The notes beneath the pieces were generated by a model. The model was not told the DNA's origin. It saw only the letters and a program-made list of their open reading frames with translations, and did not search any database. The translations under genes and the position numbers were made by a program. A stretch of 64,000 bases of DNA, from assembly GCF_009914755.1 (NCBI RefSeq), contig NC_060931.1; one strand, written 5' to 3'. This stretch comes from the human T2T-CHM13v2.0 reference genome, Homo sapiens. Positions 27,901-42,900 of the stretch are shown one piece after another; positions within the stretch are counted from its first letter, which is position 1, and each line of letters starts with the position of its first letter.

Positions 27901-30900
27901 AGAGGGTTTCAAAACTGCTCTATCAAAAGGAAGGTTCAACTCTGTGAGATGAATGCACACATCACAAAGTGGTTTCAGAGAATGCTTCTTTCTAGTTTTT
28001 CGGTGACGATATTCCCGTTTCCAATGTAGCATTCAAAGAGCTCCAAATATCCTCCTGCAGATTGTGCAAAAAGGGTGTTTCAAAACTGCTCTATCAAAAA
28101 GAAGCTTCAACTCTGTGAGTTGAATGCACAAATCACAAAGAAGTCTCTGAGAATACTTCTGTCTATTTTTAGGTGACGATACTCCCGTTTCCAAAGAAGG
28201 CTTCAAAGCACTCCAAATATCCACCTGCAGATTATAAAGGAAGAGTTTTTCAAAACTGCTCAATCCAAAGGAAGGTTCAGCTCCGTGAGTTCAATGCCCA
28301 CATCACAAAGAAGTTTCTGAGAATGCTTCTGTCTAGTTTCAATGGGAAGATATTCCCGTTTCCAACGAAGGCTTCAAAGCGCTCCAAATATCCACTTGCA
28401 GAGTCTACAAAAAGACTGTTTCACAACTGCTCTATAAAAGTAAGGTTGTACTTTGTTAGTTGAATGCACCCATCAAAATGAAGTTTCTGAGAACACTTCT
28501 GTCTACTTTTCATGTGAAGATATTTCCTTATCCACAATAGTCCCCAAAGCCCTCAAAATGCCCACTCGAAAATTCCTCAAAAGGACGGTTTCAAAACTGC
28601 AGTATCAGAAGGAAATTTCAACTATGTGAGTAGAATGCACACATCACAAAGTAGTTTCTGAGAATGCTTCTGTCTAGTTTTTATATGAAGATATTTCCTT
28701 TTCTACCTTAAGCCTCAAAGTGCTGCAATTATGCACTTTCAGATTCTTCAAAAAGAGGGTTTCAAAACTGCTCTAGCAAAAGGAAGTTTCAACGCTGTGA
28801 GTTGAATACACACATCACAAAGAAGTTTCTGAGAATGCTTCTGTCTAATTTTTATGTGAAGATAATCCTGTTTCCCAAGAAGGCTTCAAAGCACCCTAAT
28901 ATCCTCCTCCAGATTCTACAGAAAGAGTGTTTCAAAACTGCTCTATCAAAAGGAAGGTTCAACTCTGTGAGTTGAATGCAGACATCATAAAGGAGTTTCT
29001 GAGAATGCTTCTGTCTTGTTTTAATGTGAAGATATATCCTTTTCAACCGATAGCCTAAAAGAGCTCCAAATGTCCAACTGCAGATTTTTTCAAAAGAATG
29101 TTTCAAAACTGCACTATCAAAAGAAAGGTTCAGCTCCGTGAGTTGAATGCACACATCTCAAAGAAGTTTCTGAGAATGCTTCTGTCTAGTTTTTATGTGA
29201 AGATATTCGCGATTCCAATGAAGTCTTCAAAGCGCTCCAAATATCTAAATGCGGATCCTACAAAAAGAGTGATTCAAAACTGGTCTATTAAAAGGAAGGT
29301 TCAGCTCTGTGAGTTGAACGCACACATCACAGAAAGTTTCTGAGAATGCTTCCATTTAGTTTTTAGGTGAAGATGTTACCTTTTCAACCACAGCCTTCAA
29401 GACGCTCCAAATGTCCACTTGCAGATTCTACAAGAAGATTGTTTCCAGGCTGCTCTATCAAAAGAAATGTTCAACTATGGGAGTAGAATACACACATCAC
29501 AAAGTCGTTTCTGAGAATGCTTCTGTCTAGTTTTTACGTGAAGATACTTCCTTTTCTACCAGAGGCCTGAAAGCGCTCCAAATATCCAATTGCAGATTCT
29601 ACAAGAAGAGTGTTTCAAAACTTCTCTATCAAAAGTAAGGGTCTGCTTTGTGAGTTGAATGTACACATCAAAATGAAGTTTCTGATTATACTTCTGTCTA
29701 CTTCTTATGGGAAGATATTTCCTTATCCGCAATGGTCCTCAAAGCGCTCGAAATGCCCACTTGAAGATTCTTGGGAAAGACTGTTTCAAAACTGCTCTAT
29801 CAAAAGAAAGTTTCAACTTTGTGTGTAGAATGCACACATCACAAAGTCGTTTCTGAGAATGCTTCTGTCTAGTTTTTATAGGAAGATATTTCCTTTTCTA
29901 CCATAAGCCTCAAAGCACGGCAAATATGAACTGGCAGATTCTTCAAAAAGAGTGTTTCAGAAATGCTCTATCAAAACTGTTCTATCAACCCTGTGAGTTG
30001 AATGGACACATCACAAAGACGTTTCTGAGAATGCTTCTGTCTAGGTTTTATGTGAAGATGTTCTCGTTTCCAAAGAATGCTTCAAAGAGTACTTAAGTAT
30101 CCGCCTGCAGATTCTAAAAAAAGGAGTGTTTCAAAACTGCTCTAACAAAGGAAAGGTTCAACCTGGGAGTTGAATGCACACATCACAAAGAAGTTTCTGA
30201 GGATGCTTCTGTCTAGTTTTAATGCGAAGATATTCCCTTCTCCACCATAACCTTCAAAGCGCTCCAAATGTCCATTTGCAGATTTTACAAACAGAGTGTT
30301 TCCAGACTGCTCTATCAAAAGAAATTTTCAACTATGGGAGTAGAATGCACACATCACAAATGCGTTTCTGAGAATGCTTCTGTCTAGTTTTTATGTGAAG
30401 ATATTTCCTTTTCTACCGTAGGCATACATGTGCTCCAAATATCCGCTTGCAGATTCTAAAAAAAGAGTGTTTCAAAACTGCTCCATCAAAAGGAAGGTTC
30501 AATTCTGTGAGTTGAATGCACACATCAAAAGTAGTTTCTGAGAATGCTTCTGCCTAATTTTTAATTTTAAGATATTCCCATTTCCAAAGAAGGCTTCAAT
30601 TTGCTCCAAATATCCACTTGCAGATTGTACAAAAAGAGGGTTTCAAAACTGCTCTATCAAAAGGAAGGTTCAACTCTGTGAGATGAATGCACACATCACA
30701 AAGTGGTTTCAGAGAATGCTTCTTTCTAGTTTTTCGGTGACGATATTCCCGTTTCCAATGTAGCATTCAAAGAGCTCCAAATATCCTCCTGCAGATTGTG
30801 CAAAAAGGGTGTTTCAAAACTGCTCTATCAAAAAGAAGCTTCAACTCTGTGAGTTGAATGCACAAATCACAAAGAAGTCTCTGAGAATACTTCTGTCTAT

Positions 30901-33900
30901 TTTTAGGTGACGATACTCCCGTTTCCAAAGAAGGCTTCAAAGCACTCCAAATATCCACCTGCAGATTATAAAGGAAGAGTTATTCAAAACTGCTCAATCC
31001 AAAGGAAGGTTCAGCTCCGTGAGTTCAATGCCCCCATCACAAAGAAGTTTCTGAGAATGCTTCTGTCTAGTTTCAATGGGAAGATATTCCCGTTTCCAAC
31101 GAAGGCTTCAAAGCGCTCCAAATATCCACTTGCAGAGTCTACAAAAAGACTGTTTCACAACTGCTCTATAAAAGTAAGGTTGTACTTTGTTACTTGAATG
31201 CACCCATCAAAATGAAGTTTCTGAGAACACTTCTGTCTACTTTTCATGTGAAGATATTTCCTTATCCACAATAGTCCCCAAAGCCCTCAAAATGCCCACT
31301 CGAAGATTCCTCAAAAAGACGGTTTCAAAACTGCAGTATCAGAAGGAAATTTCAACTATGTGAGTAGAATGCACACATCACAAAGTAGTTTCTGAGAATG
31401 CTTCTGTCTAGTTTTTATATGAAGATATTTCCTTTTCTACCTTAAGCCTCAAAGTGCTGCAATTATGCACTTTCAGATTCTTCAAAAAGAGGGTTTCAAA
31501 ACTGCTCTAGCAAAAGGAAGTTTCAACGCTGTGAGTTGAATGCACACATCACAAAGAAGTTTCTGAGAATGCTTCTGTCTAATTTTTATGTGAAGATAAT
31601 CCTGTTTCCCAAGAAGGCTTCAAAGCACCCTAATATCCTCCTCCAGATTCTACAGAAAGAGTGTTTCAAAACTGCTCTATCAAAAGGAAGGTTCAACTCT
31701 GTGAGTTGAATGCAGACATCATAAAGGAGTTTCTGAGAATGCTTCCGTCTTGTTTTAATGTGAAGATATTTCCTTTTCAACCGATAGCCTTAAAGAGCTC
31801 CAAATGTCCAACTGCAGATTTTTTAAAAAGAATGTTTCAAAACTGCACTATCAAAAGAAAGGTTCAGCTCCGTGAGTTGAATGCACACATCTCAAAGAAG
31901 TTTCTGAGAATGCTTCTGTCTAGTTTTTATGTGAAGATATTCGCGATTCCAATGAAGTCTTCAAAGCGCTCCAAATATCTAAATGCGGATCCTACAAAAA
32001 GAGTGATTCAAAACTGGTCTATGAAAAGGAAGGTTCAGCTCTGTGAGTTGAACGCACACATCACAGAAAGTTTCTGAGAATGCTTCCATTTAGTTTTTAG
32101 GTGAAGATGTTACCTTTTCAACCACAGCCTTCAAGACGCTCCAAATGTCCACTTGCAGATTCTACAAGAAGATTGTTTCCAGGCTGCTCTATCAAAAGAA
32201 ATGTTCAACTATGGGAGTAGAATACACACATCACAAAGTCGTTTCTGAGAATGCTTCTGTCTAGTTTTTAGGTGAAGATACTTCCTTTTCTACCAGAGGC
32301 CTGAAAGCGCTCCAAATATGCAATTGCAGATTCTACAAGAAGAGTGTTTCAAAACTTCTCTATCAAAAGTAAGGGTCTGCTTTGTGAGTTGAATGGACAC
32401 ATCAAAATGAAGTTTCTGATTATACTTCTGTCTACTTCTTATGGGAAGATATTTCCTTATCCGCAATAGTCCTCAAAGCGCTCGAAATGCCCACTTGAAG
32501 ATTCTTGGGAAAGACTGTTTCAAACTGCTCTATCAAAAGAAAGTTTCAACTTTGTGTGTAGAATGCACACATCACAAAGTCGTTTCTGAGAATGCTTCTG
32601 TCTAGTTTTTATAGGAAGATATTTCCTTTTCTACCATAAGCCTCAAAGCACGGCAAATATGAACTGGCAGATTCTTCAAAAAGAGTGTTTCAGAAATGCT
32701 CTATCAAAACTGTTCTATCAACCCTGTGAGTTGAATGGACACATCACAAAGACGTTTCTGAGAATGCTTCTGTCTAGGTTTTATGTGAAGATGTTCTCGT
32801 TTCCAAAGAATGCTTCAAAGAGTACTTAAGTATCCGCCTGCAGATTCTAAAAAAAGGAGTGTTTCAAAACTGCTCTAACAAAAGAAAGGTTCAACCTGGG
32901 AGTTGAATGCACACATCACAAAGAAGTTTCTGAGGATGCTTCTGTCTAGTTTTAATGCGAAGATATTCCCTTCTCCACCATAACCTTCAAAGCGCTCCAA
33001 ATGTCCATTTGCAGATTTTACAAACAGAGTGTTTCCAGACTGCTCTATCAAAAGAAATTTTCAACTATGGGAGTAGAATGCACACATCACAAATGCGTTT
33101 CTGAGAATGCTTCTGTCTAGTTTTTATGTGAAGATATTTCCTTTTCTACCGTAGGCATACATGTGCTCCAAATATCCGCTTGCAGATTCTAAAAAAAGAG
33201 TGTTTCAAAACTGCTCCATCAAAAGGAAGGTTCAATTCTGTGAGTTGAATGCACACATCAAAAGTAGTTTCTGAGAATGCTTCTGCCTAATTTTTAATTT
33301 TAAGATATTCCCATTTCCAAAGAAGGCTTCAATTTGCTCCAAATATCCACTTGCAGATTGTACAAAAAGAGGGTTTCAAAACTGCTCTATCAAAAGGAAG
33401 GTTCAACTCTGTGAGATGAATGCACACATCACAAAGTGGTTTCAGAGAATGCTTCTTTCTAGTTTTTAGGTGACGATATTCCCGTTTCCAATGTAGCATT
33501 CAAAGAGCTCCAAATATCCTCCTGCAGATTGTGCAAAAAGGGTGTTTCAAAACTGCTCTATCAAAAAGAAGCTTCAACTCTGTGAGTTGAATGCACAAAT
33601 CACAAAGAAGTCTCTGAGAATACTTCTGTCTATTTTTAGGTGACGATACTCCCGTTTCCAAAGAAGGCTTCAAAGCACTCCAAATATCCACCTGCAGATT
33701 ATAAAGGAAGAGTTTTTCAAAACTGCTCAATCCAAAGGAAGGTTCAGCTCCGTGAGTTCAATGCCCACATCACAAAGAAGTTTCTGAGAATGCTTCTGTC
33801 TAGTTTCAATGGGAAGATATTCCCGTTTCCAACGAAGGCTTCAAAGCGCTCCAAATATCCACTTGCAGAGTCTACAAAAAGACTGTTTCACAACTGCTCT

Positions 33901-36900
33901 ATAAAAGTAAGGTTGTACTTTGTTAGTTGAATGCACCCATCAAAATGAAGTTTCTGAGAACACTTCTGTCTACTTTTCATGTGAAGATATTTCCTTATCC
34001 ACAATAGTCCCCAAAGCCCTCAAAATGCCCACCCGAAGATTCCTCAAAAAGACGGTTTCAAAACTGCAGTGTCAGAAGGAAATTTCAACTATGTGAGTAG
34101 AATGCACACATCACAAAGTAGTTTCTGAGAATGCTTCTGTCTAGTTTTTATATGAAGATATTTCCTTTTCTACCTTAAGCCTCAAAGTGCTGCAATTATG
34201 CACTTTCAGATTCTTCAAAAAGAGGGTTTCAAAACTGCTCTAGCAAAAGGAAGTTTCAACGCTGTGAGTTGAATACACACATCACAAAGAAGTTTCTGAG
34301 AATGCTTCTGTCTAATTTTTATGTGAAGATAATCCTGTTTCCCAAGAAGGCTTCAAAGCACCCTAATATCCTCCTCTAGATTCTACAGAAAGAGTGTTTC
34401 AAAACTGCTCTATCAAAAGGAAGGTTCAACTCTGTGAGTTGAATGCAGACATCATAAAGGAGTTTCTGAGAATGCTTCCGTCTTGTTTTAATGTGAAGAT
34501 ATTTCCTTTTCAACCGATAGCCTAAAAGAGCTCCAAATGTCCAACTGCAGATTTTTTAAAAAGAATGTTTCAAAACTGCACTATCAAAAGAAAGGTTCAG
34601 CTCCGTGAGTTGAATGCACACATCTCAAAGAAGTTTCCGAGAATGCTTCTGTCTAGTTTTTATGTGAAGATATTCGCGATTCCAATGAAGTCTTCAAAGC
34701 GCTCCAAATATCTAAATGCGGATCCTACAAAAAGAGTGATTCAAAACTGGTCTATGAAAAGGAAGGTTCAGCTCTGTGAGTTGAACGCACACATCACAGA
34801 AAGTTTCTGAGAATGCTTCCATTTAGTTTTTAGGTGAAGATGTTACCTTTTCAACCACAGCCTTCAAGACGCTCCAAATGTCCACTTGCAGATTCTACAA
34901 GAAGATTGTTTCCAGGCTGCTCTATCAAAAGAAATGTTCAACTATGGGAGTAGAATACACACATCACAAAGTCGTTTCTGAGAATGCTTCTGTCTAGTTT
35001 TTACGTGAAGATACTTCCTTTTCTACCAGAGGCCTGAAAGCGCTCCAAATATCCAATTGCAGATTCTACAAGAAGAGTGTTTCAAAACTTCTCTATCAAA
35101 AGTAAGGGTCTGCTTTGTGAGTTGAATGTACACATCAAAATGAAGTTTCTGATTATACTTCTGTCTACTTCTTATGGGAAGATATTTCCTTATCCGCAAT
35201 GGTCCTCAAAGCGCTCGAACTGCCCACTTGAAGATTCTTGGGAAAGACTGTTTCAAAACTGCTCTATCAAAAGAAAGTTTCAACTTTGTGTGTACAATGC
35301 ACACATCAAAAAGTCGTTTCTGAGAATGCTTCTGTCTAGTTTTTATAGGAAGATATTTCCTTTTCTACCGTAAGCCTCAAAGCACGGCAAATATGAACTG
35401 GCAGATTCTTCAAAAAGAGTGTTTCAGAAATGCTCTATCAAAACTGTTCTATCAACCCTGTGAGTTGAATGGACACATCACAAAGACGTTTCTGAGAATG
35501 CTTCTGTCTAGGTTTTATGTGAAGATGTTCTCGTTTCCAAAGAATGCTTCAAAGAGTACTTAAGTATCCGCCTGCAGATTCTAAAAAAAGGAGTGTTTCA
35601 AAACTGCTCTAACAAAGGAAAGGTTCAACCTGGGAGTTGAATGCACACATCACAAAGAAGTTTCTGAGGATGCTTCTGTCTAGTTTTAATGCGAAGATAT
35701 TCCCTTCTCCACCATAACCTTCAAAGCGCTCCAAATGTCCATTTGCAGATTTTACAAACAGAGTGTTTCCAGACTGCTCTATCAAAAGAAATTTTCAACT
35801 ATGGGAGTAGAATGCACACATCACAAATGCGTTTCTGAGAATGCTTCTGTCTAGTTTTTATGTGAAGATATTTCCTTTTCTACCGTAGGCATACATGTGC
35901 TCCAAATATCCGCTTGCAGATTCTAAAAAAAGAGTGTTTCAAAACTGCTCCATCAAAAGGAAGGTTCAATTCTGTGAGTTGAATGCACACATCAAAAGTA
36001 GTTTCTGAGAATGCTTCTGCCTAATTTTTAATTTTAAGATATTCCCATTTCCAAAGAAGGCTTCAATTTGCTCCAAATATCCACTTGCAGATTGTACAAA
36101 AAGAGGGTTTCAAAACTGCTCTATCAAAAGGAAGGTTCAACTCTGTGAGATGAATGCACACATCACAAAGTGGTTTCAGAGAATGCTTCTTTCTAGTTTT
36201 TCGGTGACGATATTCCCGTTTCCAATGTAGCATTCAAAGAGCTCCAAATATCCTCCTGCAGATTGTGCAAAAAGGGTGTTTCAAAACTGCTCTATCAAAA
36301 AGAAGCTTCAACTCTGTGAGTTGAATGCACAAATCACAAAGAAGTCTCTGAGAATACTTCTGTCTATTTTTAGGTGACGATACTCCCGTTTCCAAAGAAG
36401 GCTTCAAAGCACTCCAAATATCCACCTGCAGATTATAAAGGAAGAGTTTTTCAAAACTGCTCAATCCAAAGGAAGGTTCAGCTCCGTGAGTTCAATGCCC
36501 ACATCACAAAGAAGTTTCTGAGAATGCTTCTGTCTAGTTTCAATGGGAAGATATTCCCGTTTCCAACGAAGGCTTCAAAGCGCTCCAAATATCCACTTGC
36601 AGAGTCTACAAAAAGACTGTTTCACAACTGCTCTATAAAAGTAAGGTTGTACTTTGTTAGTTGAATGCACCCATCAAAATGAAGTTTCTGAGAACACTTC
36701 TGTCTACTTTTCATGTGAAGATATTTCCTTATCCACAATAGTCCCCAAAGCCCTCAAAATGCCCACTCGAAAATTCCTCAAAAGGACGGTTTCAAAACTG
36801 CAGTATCAGAAGGAAATTTCAACTATGTGAGTAGAATGCACACATCACAAAGTAGTTTCTGAGAATGCTTCTGTCTAGTTTTTATATGAAGATATTTCCT

Positions 36901-39900
36901 TTTCTACCTTAAGCCTCAAAGTGCTGCAATTATGCACTTTCAGATTCTTCAAAAAGAGGGTTTCAAAACTGCTCTAGCAAAAGGAAGTTTCAACGCTGTG
37001 AGTTGAATACACACATCACAAAGAAGTTTCTGAGAATGCTTCTGTCTAATTTTTATGTGAAGATAATCCTGTTTCCCAAGAAGGCTTCAAAGCACCCTAA
37101 TATCCTCCTCCAGATTCTACAGAAAGAGTGTTTCAAAACTGCTCTATCAAAAGGAAGGTTCAACTCTGTGAGTTGAATGCAGACATCATAAAGGAGTTTC
37201 TGAGAATGCTTCTGTCTTGTTTTAATGTGAAGATATATCCTTTTCAACCGATAGCCTAAAAGAGCTCCAAATGTCCAACTGCAGATTTTTTCAAAAGAAT
37301 GTTTCAAAACTGCACTATCAAAAGAAAGGTTCAGCTCCGTGAGTTGAATGCACACATCTCAAAGAAGTTTCTGAGAATGCTTCTGTCTAGTTTTTATGTG
37401 AAGATATTCGCGATTCCAATGAAGTCTTCAAAGCGCTCCAAATATCTAAATGCGGATCCTACAAAAAGAGTGATTCAAAACTGGTCTATTAAAAGGAAGG
37501 TTCAGCTCTGTGAGTTGAACGCACACATCACAGAAAGTTTCTGAGAATGCTTCCATTTAGTTTTTAGGTGAAGATGTTACCTTTTCAACCACAGCCTTCA
37601 AGACGCTCCAAATGTCCACTTGCAGATTCTACAAGAAGATTGTTTCCAGGCTGCTCTATCAAAAGAAATGTTCAACTATGGGAGTAGAATACACACATCA
37701 CAAAGTCGTTTCTGAGAATGCTTCTGTCTAGTTTTTACGTGAAGATACTTCCTTTTCTACCAGAGGCCTGAAAGCGCTCCAAATATCCAATTGCAGATTC
37801 TACAAGAAGAGTGTTTCAAAACTTCTCTATCAAAAGTAAGGGTCTGCTTTGTGAGTTGAATGTACACATCAAAATGAAGTTTCTGATTATACTTCTGTCT
37901 ACTTCTTATGGGAAGATATTTCCTTATCCGCAATGGTCCTCAAAGCGCTCGAAATGCCCACTTGAAGATTCTTGGGAAAGACTGTTTCAAAACTGCTCTA
38001 TCAAAAGAAAGTTTCAACTTTGTGTGTAGAATGCACACATCACAAAGTCGTTTCTGAGAATGCTTCTGTCTAGTTTTTATAGGAAGATATTTCCTTTTCT
38101 ACCATAAGCCTCAAAGCACGGCAAATATGAACTGGCAGATTCTTCAAAAAGAGTGTTTCAGAAATGCTCTATCAAAACTGTTCTATCAACCCTGTGAGTT
38201 GAATGGACACATCACAAAGACGTTTCTGAGAATGCTTCTGTCTAGGTTTTATGTGAAGATGTTCTCGTTTCCAAAGAATGCTTCAAAGAGTACTTAAGTA
38301 TCCGCCTGCAGATTCTAAAAAAAGGAGTGTTTCAAAACTGCTCTAACAAAAGAAAGGTTCAACCTGGGAGTTGAATGCACACATCACAAAGAAGTTTCTG
38401 AGGATGCTTCTGTCTAGTTTTAATGCGAAGATATTCCCTTCTCCACCATAACCTTCAAAGCGCTCCAAATGTCCATTTGCAGATTTTACAAACAGAGTGT
38501 TTCCAGACTGCTCTATCAAAAGAAATTTTCAACTATGGGAGTAGAATGCACACATCACAAATGCGTTTCTGAGAATGCTTCTGTCTAGTTTTTATGTGAA
38601 GATATTTCCTTTTCTACCGTAGGCATACATGTGCTCCAAATATCCGCTTGCAGATTCTAAAAAAAGAGTGTTTCAAAACTGCTCCATCAAAAGGAAGGTT
38701 CAATTCTGTGAGTTGAATGCACACATCAAAAGTAGTTTCTGAGAATGCTTCTGCCTAATTTTTAATTTTAAGATATTCCCATTTCCAAAGAAGGCTTCAA
38801 TTTGCTCCAAATATCCACTTGCAGATTGTACAAAAAGAGGGTTTCAAAACTGCTCTATCAAAAGGAAGGTTCAACTCTGTGAGATGAATGCACACATCAC
38901 AAAGTGGTTTCAGAGAATGCTTCTTTCTAGTTTTTAGGTGACGATATTCCCGTTTCCAATGTAGCATTCAAAGAGCTCCAAATATCCTCCTGCAGATTGT
39001 GCAAAAAGGGTGTTTCAAAACTGCTCTATCAAAAAGAAGCTTCAACTCTGTGAGTTGAATGCACAAATCACAAAGAAGTCTCTGAGAATACTTCTGTCTA
39101 TTTTTAGGTGACGATACTCCCGTTTCCAAAGAAGGCTTCAAAGCACTCCAAATATCCACCTGCAGATTATAAAGGAAGAGTTTTTCAAAACTGCTCAATC
39201 CAAAGGAAGGTTCAGCTCCGTGAGTTCAATGCCCACATCACAAAGAAGTTTCTGAGAATGCTTCTGTCTAGTTTCAATGGGAAGATATTCCCGTTTCCAA
39301 CGAAGGCTTCAAAGCGCTCCAAATATCCACTTGCAGAGTCTACAAAAAGACTGTTTCACAACTGCTCTATAAAAGTAAGGTTGTACTTTGTTAGTTGAAT
39401 GCACCCATCAAAATGAAGTTTCTGAGAACACTTCTGTCTACTTTTCATGTGAAGATATTTCCTTATCCACAATAGTCCCCAAAGCCCTCAAAATGCCCAC
39501 CCGAAGATTCCTCAAAAAGACGGTTTCAAAACTGCAGTATCAGAAGGAAATTTCAACTATGTGAGTAGAATGCACACATCACAAAGTAGTTTCTGAGAAT
39601 GCTTCTGTCTAGTTTTTATATGAAGATATTTCCTTTTCTACCTTAAGCCTCAAAGTGCTGCAATTATGCACTTTCAGATTCTTCAAAAAGAGGGTTTCAA
39701 AACTGCTCTAGCAAAAGGAAGTTTCAACGCTGTGAGTTGAATACACACATCACAAAGAAGTTTCTGAGAATGCTTCTGTCTAATTTTTATGTGAAGATAA
39801 TCCTGTTTCCCAAGAAGGCTTCAAAGCACCCTAATATCCTCCTCCAGATTCTACAGAAAGAGTGTTTCAAAACTGCTCTATGAAAAGGAAGGTTCAACTC

Positions 39901-42900
39901 TGTGAGTTGAATGCAGACATCATAAAGGAGTTTCTGAGAATGCTTCCGTCTTGTTTTAATGTGAAGATATTTCCTTTTCAACCGATAGCCTAAAAGAGCT
40001 CCAAATGTCCAACTGCAGATTTTTTAAAAAGAATGTTTCAAAACTGCACTATCAAAAGAAAGGTTCAGCTCCGTGAGTTGAATGCACACATCTCAAAGAA
40101 GTTTCCGAGAATGCTTCTGTCTAGTTTTTATGTGAAGATATTCGCGATTCCAATGAAGTCTTCAAAGCGCTCCAAATATCTAAATGCGGATCCTACAAAA
40201 AGAGTGATTCAAAACTGGTCTATGAAAAGGAAGGTTCAGCTCTGTGAGTTGAACGCACACATCACAGAAAGTTTCTGAGAATGCTTCCATTTAGTTTTTA
40301 GGTGAAGATGTTACCTTTTCAACCACAGCCTTCAAGACGCTCCAAATGTCCACTTGCAGATTCTACAAGAAGATTGTTTCCAGGCTGCTCTATCAAAAGA
40401 AATGTTCAACTATGGGAGTAGAATACACACATCACAAAGTCGTTTCTGAGAATGCTTCTGTCTAGTTTTTACGTGAAGATACTTCCTTTTCTACCAGAGG
40501 CCTGAAAGCGCTCCAAATATCCAATTGCAGATTCTACAAGAAGAGTGTTTCAAAACTTCTCTATCAAAAGTAAGGGTCTGCTTTGTGAGTTGAATGTACA
40601 CATCAAAATGAAGTTTCTGATTATACTTCTGTCTACTTCTTATGGGAAGATATTTCCTTATCCGCAATGGTCCTCAAAGCGCTCGAACTGCCCACTTGAA
40701 GATTCTTGGGAAAGACTGTTTCAAAACTGCTCTATCAAAAGAAAGTTTCAACTTTGTGTGTACAATGCACACATCAAAAAGTCGTTTCTGAGAATGCTTC
40801 TGTCTAGTTTTTATAGGAAGATATTTCCTTTTCTACCGTAAGCCTCAAAGCACGGCAAATATGAACTGGCAGATTCTTCAAAAAGAGTGTTTCAGAAATG
40901 CTCTATCAAAACTGTTCTATCAACCCTGTGAGTTGAATGGACACATCACAAAGACGTTTCTGAGAATGCTTCTGTCTAGGTTTTATGTGAAGATGTTCTC
41001 GTTTCCAAAGAATGCTTCAAAGAGTACTTAAGTATCCGCCTGCAGATTCTAAAAAAAGGAGTGTTTCAAAACTGCTCTAACAAAGGAAAGGTTCAACCTG
41101 GGAGTTGAATGCACACATCACAAAGAAGTTTCTGAGGATGCTTCTGTCTAGTTTTAATGCGAAGATATTCCCTTCTCCACCATAACCTTCAAAGCGCTCC
41201 AAATGTCCATTTGCAGATTTTACAAACAGAGTGTTTCCAGACTGCTCTATCAAAAGAAATTTTCAACTATGGGAGTAGAATGCACACATCACAAATGCGT
41301 TTCTGAGAATGCTTCTGTCTAGTTTTTATGTGAAGATATTTCCTTTTCTACCGTAGGCATACATGTGCTCCAAATATCCGCTTGCAGATTCTAAAAAAAG
41401 AGTGTTTCAAAACTGCTCCATCAAAAGGAAGGTTCAATTCTGTGAGTTGAATGCACACATCAAAAGTAGTTTCTGAGAATGCTTCTGCCTAATTTTTAAT
41501 TTTAAGATATTCCCATTTCCAAAGAAGGCTTCAATTTGCTCCAAATATCCACTTGCAGATTGTACAAAAAGAGGGTTTCAAAACTGCTCTATCAAAAGGA
41601 AGGTTCAACTCTGTGAGATGAATGCACACATCACAAAGTGGTTTCAGAGAATGCTTCTTTCTAGTTTTTCGGTGACGATATTCCCGTTTCCAATGTAGCA
41701 TTCAAAGAGCTCCAAATATCCTCCTGCAGATTGTGCAAAAAGGGTGTTTCAAAACTGCTCTATCAAAAAGAAGCTTCAACTCTGTGAGTTGAATGCACAA
41801 ATCACAAAGAAGTCTCTGAGAATACTTCTGTCTATTTTTAGGTGACGATACTCCCGTTTCCAAAGAAGGCTTCAAAGCACTCCAAATATCCACCTGCAGA
41901 TTATAAAAGAAGAGTTTTTCAAAACTGCTCAATCCAAAGGAAGGTTCAGCTCCGTGAGTTCAATGCCCACATCACAAAGAAGTTTCTGAGAATGCTTCTG
42001 TCTAGTTTCAATGGGAAGATATTCCCGTTTCCAACGAAGGCTTCAAAGCGCTCCAAATATCCACTTGCAGAGTCTACAAAAAGACTGTTTCACAACTGCT
42101 CTATAAAAGTAAGGTTGTACTTTGTTAGTTGAATGCACCCATCAAAATGAAGTTTCTGAGAACACTTCTGTCTACTTTTCATGTGAAGATATTTCCTTAT
42201 CCACAATAGTCCCCAAAGCCCTCAAAATGCCCACTCGAAAATTCCTCAAAAGGACGGTTTCAAAACTGCAGTATCAGAAGGAAATTTCAACTATGTGAGT
42301 AGAATGCACACATCACAAAGTAGTTTCTGAGAATGCTTCTGTCTAGTTTTTATATGAAGATATTTCCTTTTCTACCTTAAGCCTCAAAGTGCTGCAATTA
42401 TGCACTTTCAGATTCTTCAAAAAGAGGGTTTCAAAACTGCTCTAGCAAAAGGAAGTTTCAACGCTGTGAGTTGAATACACACATCACAAAGAAGTTTCTG
42501 AGAATGCTTCTGTCTAATTTTTATGTGAAGATAATCCTGTTTCCCAAGAAGGCTTCAAAGCACCCTAATATCCTCCTCCAGATTCTACAGAAAGAGTGTT
42601 TCAAAACTGCTCTATCAAAAGGAAGGTTCAACTCTGTGAGTTGAATGCAGACATCATAAAGGAGTTTCTGAGAATGCTTCTGTCTTGTTTTAATGTGAAG
42701 ATATATCCTTTTCAACCGATAGCCTAAAAGAGCTCCAAATGTCCAACTGCAGATTTTTTCAAAAGAATGTTTCAAAACTGCACTATCAAAAGAAAGGTTC
42801 AGCTCCGTGAGTTGAATGCACACATCTCAAAGAAGTTTCTGAGAATGCTTCTGTCTAGTTTTTATGTGAAGATATTCGCGATTCCAATGAAGTCTTCAAA

